The translations under genes were made by a program, and so were the position numbers. From the NCBI GenBank assembly GCA_903893625.1, contig CAITND010000151.1:71738-91664 (forward strand): a stretch of 19,927 bases of DNA. Reading direction: 5' to 3'. The notes beneath the pieces are model-generated. The model made no database searches and was not told where the DNA came from. It worked only from the letters and a program-made list of their open reading frames with translations. Position 1 is the first letter of the stretch. Each line of letters opens with the position of its first letter. Source of the DNA: an uncultured Oscillatoriales cyanobacterium (GTDB lineage: Bacteria > Cyanobacteriota > Cyanobacteriia > Cyanobacteriales > Microcoleaceae). Below are positions 17,459-19,927 of the stretch, in pieces.

Positions 17459-18625
17459 CTAAGCTAAAACAAGCTGATTATTTGCTGGCAAATTACACTC
17501 AAATTCAATAAGTTTAAACTCGTTAATCTTACGAACTGTAATCAAACAACCATCTTCAAATTTTATAGCAGTCAAATAATAGCAGTCGTGAGTAAGATCA
17601 TTTTCCAAACAAAATTTTTTCTCGATTTCTTCTGCTGTATCAACTACATTAATCAAGGAATCAAATAGCTTAGGAGTTAGTTGATTAAGCAATTTTGGGG
17701 GAATAGTCTTACCCATCAGGTCTTCTCGTTTTTGACCCAAAAGTTTAACAAATACGGGATTGATTACCAAACAGTGAAAATCTTTAATTTCTTCAGTGAT
17801 CATATCTCTCACCGCTTGCAGGGCAAGAATTCCATCTTTAGAACTATTTAATAAGTTAGCTAATAAAGAACGAGATTGATATAAGATTTCTGCCGTTTGT
17901 TGATGGTGTTCAATTTGCTTTTTTAACTCTTTTTTTTGTTTTTGGATAGTGAGTTGAGTTTGTACGCGGGCAACAACTTCTTCTGGGCCACAGAGTTTGG
18001 TAATATAATCAACTCCGCCCATTTGAAAAGCTTTTAATTTATTTGAAACTCGATCAAACGCACTCAAGAAGATGATCGGAATTTCTGAAGTTGCTTCATC
18101 AGCTTTTAGGGCTTCGCAAACTTGATAACCGTCCATTTCTGGCATTAAAATATCGAGTAAAATTACATCAGGATGAGTCTTTGGAATTGTTTTTAATGCC
18201 ATTTTCCCATTCGTGACACCTCGGACTATATATCCAAATTGCTCTAATACTTCTGTTAAGAATTGTATGCTTTCTACGAGATCGTCAACAATTAAGATAT
18301 GGGGTTTGGGGTCTTTAATTTCATCAGTATTAGTTGCTGTGATTGTTTCTTCAGAAGATTGAGATGTGTCACCAAGCACTTCCATTACCCGTCGAAAGTT
18401 ATTCTTGGTGATTTTTTCCCCAAAAGCCGATGAAAGGCGTAGCCATAACAGGGAGGCTAAATCTTTAATATAGCCGACGCTGAGATATAAACTATCAGCT
18501 AGGTTGCTGTAGGTTTCTTTTTCCCAGGCAGCTTTGAGGATTTCTTTTTCTGAAGGGGTCAGTTGTTTAGCTGTTTTGGAATCTAGGGCAGCTTCAAGAA
18601 ATTTTAGGGTTTCTTCAAAGGTCAT
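17459..18625 (-). CDS. Response regulator with N-terminal LuxR/GerE-like HTH, central receiver (REC) domain and C-terminal PAS domain
   Basis: 388 aa. Residues ~20-65 LTPSEKEILKAAWEKETYSNLADSLYLSVGYIKDLASLLWLRL align with the GerE/LuxR HTH consensus LTpRErEVL.l.a.G.sn.eIA..L.iS..TVk.H...i..KL. Residues ~108-225 are a CheY-like receiver (ILIVDDLVE...DVILLDILMPEMDGYQVC...IPIIFLSAF...AFQMGGVDYITK); the phospho-acceptor Asp is in LLDILMP. Residues ~255-370 are PAS-like (LLNSSKDGILALQAVRD...CLVINPVFVKLLGQKREDLMGKTI). Confidence 0.8.
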   Translation of the reverse strand: MTFEETLKFLEAALDSKTAKQLTPSEKEILKAAWEKETYSNLADSLYLSVGYIKDLASLLWLRLSSAFGEKITKNNFRRVMEVLGDTSQSSEETITATNTDEIKDPKPHILIVDDLVESIQFLTEVLEQFGYIVRGVTNGKMALKTIPKTHPDVILLDILMPEMDGYQVCEALKADEATSEIPIIFLSAFDRVSNKLKAFQMGGVDYITKLCGPEEVVARVQTQLTIQKQKKELKKQIEHHQQTAEILYQSRSLLANLLNSSKDGILALQAVRDMITEEIKDFHCLVINPVFVKLLGQKREDLMGKTIPPKLLNQLTPKLFDSLINVVDTAEEIEKKFCLENDLTHDCYYLTAIKFEDGCLITVRKINEFKLIEFECNLPANNQLVLA

Positions 18626-18717
18626 GATTGTTTCAGAGTGATCAGGTTTTTCATGGTTGCACCTAGTTGCATTATATTTTACTTCTCAACTAATGTCAGT
18701 GACCCAGGAATCTAATC

Positions 18718-18760
18718 ATCCGACTTTTCTGACTTTAAATATCCGACTTTTCCGACTGAC
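18718..18760. promoter_or_regulatory. Tandem direct repeats ATCCGACTTTTC(T/C)GACT x2 (four GACT half-sites) upstream of the response-regulator gene
   Basis: Unit 1 at 18718-18734 and unit 2 at 18741-18757: 16/17 identical, 23-nt register. Each unit contains CGACT/TGACT half-sites 9-10 nt apart; GACT occurs at 18722, 18731, 18745 and 18754. Located ~95-135 nt upstream of the response regulator start (18625, minus strand) and ~275 nt upstream of the secreted-protein gene. Confidence 0.45.
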
Positions 18761-19029
18761 AACCGTAGGGGCGAGGGTTGACAATTAAGGTAAAGAAAAG
18801 GTGCAGTTGAGAAAAGCTCACTAAGTAGTTGTAAATCAATCGAGTTAATCAGTAAAGACACGCTATCAAGCGTGTTTGCAGAAGTCAGAAGCCAGAAATT
18901 ATTACCGCATCTAATTCCAATTAAAATGGTTTTCTGTTTCATTCTGCCTACCTACTTAGTCTGTGTTCCTGCATCGCAAATTAGGGTGCTCTTCAACAAC
19001 TTGATGTTTACTTTAGTAGGTGTAGAAAA

Positions 19030-19437
19030 ATGATTATTCGTCGTTTTGCCTTAGTTAGCAGCCTCGTTGTGCTGAGTTCTTTGGGATTTTCTACCGTAGC
19101 CCGTGCTGGTGAAGGTGGTGTGGCAGGTTCTGCGGCTTTCACCGTTTATAACGGTGCGGTTACGGGTGTAGCTGTCTCGGCTGCTGTCGGTAAAGAAAGT
19201 GCTATCGCCCATGCTTTCAACTACAATGGCAACAATGCCAATGGTTTACAGAACTCAGCTTTTTCCTTGGGTACTGCGGGTACACTGAGTCTTAACGGTC
19301 TTGGCGACCCGGCAGGCTTTAGCCTTAACACCGTAGAAGACTCTCATCGCGCTGATTTCCAAAACAATACCTTCATAACAGGCTACACCATCGAACTGGG
19401 TACTGGTGCTGGTCATGTTGTGAATCGGGTTCCCTAG
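19030..19437 (+). CDS. Small secreted Gly/Ala/Asn-rich protein of unknown function, with highly-expressed-gene codon usage
   Basis: 135 aa. Sec signal peptide MIIRRFALVSSLVVLSSLGFSTVARA|GEGG. Mature ~109 aa, rich in G/A/N/S/T. The gene is ~50% GC with C-ending 'optimal' codons (cgt, ggt, gct, aac, ttc, tac, atc), unlike the ~35-40% GC neighbours. RBS-like AGGTG 8 nt upstream. Confidence 0.7.
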   Translation: MIIRRFALVSSLVVLSSLGFSTVARAGEGGVAGSAAFTVYNGAVTGVAVSAAVGKESAIAHAFNYNGNNANGLQNSAFSLGTAGTLSLNGLGDPAGFSLNTVEDSHRADFQNNTFITGYTIELGTGAGHVVNRVP

Positions 19438-19730
19438 AACTATTATGAATTGTTAATTGGGAATTTGACCCAGCAATTCATTGAATTTTATTTTCTCTCG
19501 GATCTGACTTGAGGATCTCAGCGACTCTCGAAGCAGATAGTCAGCAGAGATCCTCTTTCAGTGTGTAGGTAGCGATAACTTTATGCTAACGCCGGGATAG
19601 ATACTTTTGTCCTAGCTTTATTTCCAGCGAGTACCGAAAGTTCGTTGATTTTTTTCTAGTATTAGACCCCCCTAGCCCTGGCTTAGAAAGCAGGGTGTTT
19701 TCAAAGTCGGGGGTAAAAAAGAAAATAATA

Positions 19731-19780
19731 GTGATCTTTTCTTGATAAAATCAAAAAGAGATCACTTTTTTTTGATTTTT
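19731..19780. terminator. Strong bidirectional rho-independent terminator
   Basis: GTGATCTTTTCTTGAT (19731-19746), loop AAA, ATCAAAAAGAGATCAC (19750-19765). The 16-bp stem has one mismatch and one G-U pair. It is followed by TTTTTTTTGATTTTTT on the plus strand and preceded by AAAAAAGAAAATAATA, which is a U-tract for the minus strand. Confidence 0.65.
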
Positions 19781-19786
19781 TAAACC

Positions 19787-19927
19787 ATGTTAAATAGTAT
19801 AATAGAACAAATAAAGTTAGTCAAGGATTTTCGGAAAAATCGAGGCAAAAGACATGAGCTATGGGTAGTGTTGACTATTATTATTTTAGCCATGCTGACG
19901 GGAAATGTTAGTTATAGGGAAATAGAC
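19787..19927 (+). CDS. ISAs1-family (H-repeat-associated, DDE_Tnp_1) transposase, N-terminal fragment (continues beyond the window end)
   Basis: Open from ATG 19787 to the window end: MLNSIIEQIKLVKDFRKNRGKRHELWVVLTIIILAMLTGNVSYREID. This matches the conserved N-terminal DDE_Tnp_1-associated region of ISAs1 transposases (compare E. coli H-repeat protein ...[42 protein letters not shown]/DF-R...h.L..+L.l.I.A.lsG...y..I). Confidence 0.55.
   Translation, partial: MLNSIIEQIKLVKDFRKNRGKRHELWVVLTIIILAMLTGNVSYREID

Larger units (their letters stand above)
19731..19927 (+). mobile_element. Left part of an ISAs1-family insertion sequence (exact left boundary undetermined; element truncated by the window end)
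   Basis: Transposase N-terminus at 19787. It is immediately preceded by a strong hairpin plus T-tract at 19731-19780. The terminal inverted repeat could not be identified without the right end. Confidence 0.4.

Noticed and set aside
18712-18942. 76-aa minus-strand ORF in the response-regulator / secreted-protein intergenic region
   Set aside because: It covers the tandem GACT repeats and a hairpin. It has no start-context support or recognisable domain. The region is much more plausibly regulatory or non-coding.
1-19927. CRISPR arrays, tRNA/rRNA genes, tmRNA, RNase P RNA
   Set aside because: No regularly spaced direct repeats were found. No GTTCGAATC-type T-loops with a cloverleaf context were found. 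No tag-peptide reading frame or RNase P conserved blocks were found on either strand.

Overview
This is a chromosomal segment from a cyanobacterium. The evidence is 11 exact copies of the HIP1 octamer GCGATCGC, an AT-rich ~36-42% GC composition, and genes for PsaK, the phylloquinone pathway and a DnaE that carries the cyanobacterial split-intein site motif. Core genes, left to right: a partial DUF4349 lipoprotein (-), a UvrD-family helicase (+), an unsplit DNA polymerase III alpha gene dnaE (-), menD (+), a PaaK/F390-synthetase-like adenylate-forming enzyme (-), psaK (-), an NdbB-like type II NAD(P)H dehydrogenase (+), a HAD hydrolase (+), a DUF4336 protein (+), an HTH-REC-PAS response regulator (-), and a small GC-rich secreted protein (+). 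An ISAs1-family transposase begins at the right edge. A ~3.3 kb strongly AT-rich insertion (about 10.27-13.6 kb) lies between the adenylate-forming enzyme gene and psaK. It carries three co-oriented genes: a multi-pass membrane protein with a duplicated ~70-aa C-terminal module, an ABC/AAA_21-type ATPase, and a small Toprim (DUF4435-like) protein. The last two are translationally coupled. This pair resembles the PARIS (AriA/AriB) anti-phage architecture but is smaller and has an extra upstream membrane component. It is the best candidate for an undescribed or divergent defence system in this window. Other points: the DnaE intein site AEY|CFNKSHS is unoccupied; a 22-nt palindromic element is repeated after two phylloquinone-related genes; tandem GACT direct repeats lie upstream of the response regulator; a strong bidirectional terminator insulates the IS transposase. 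Some coordinates I derived by eye may be off by +/-1 nt.
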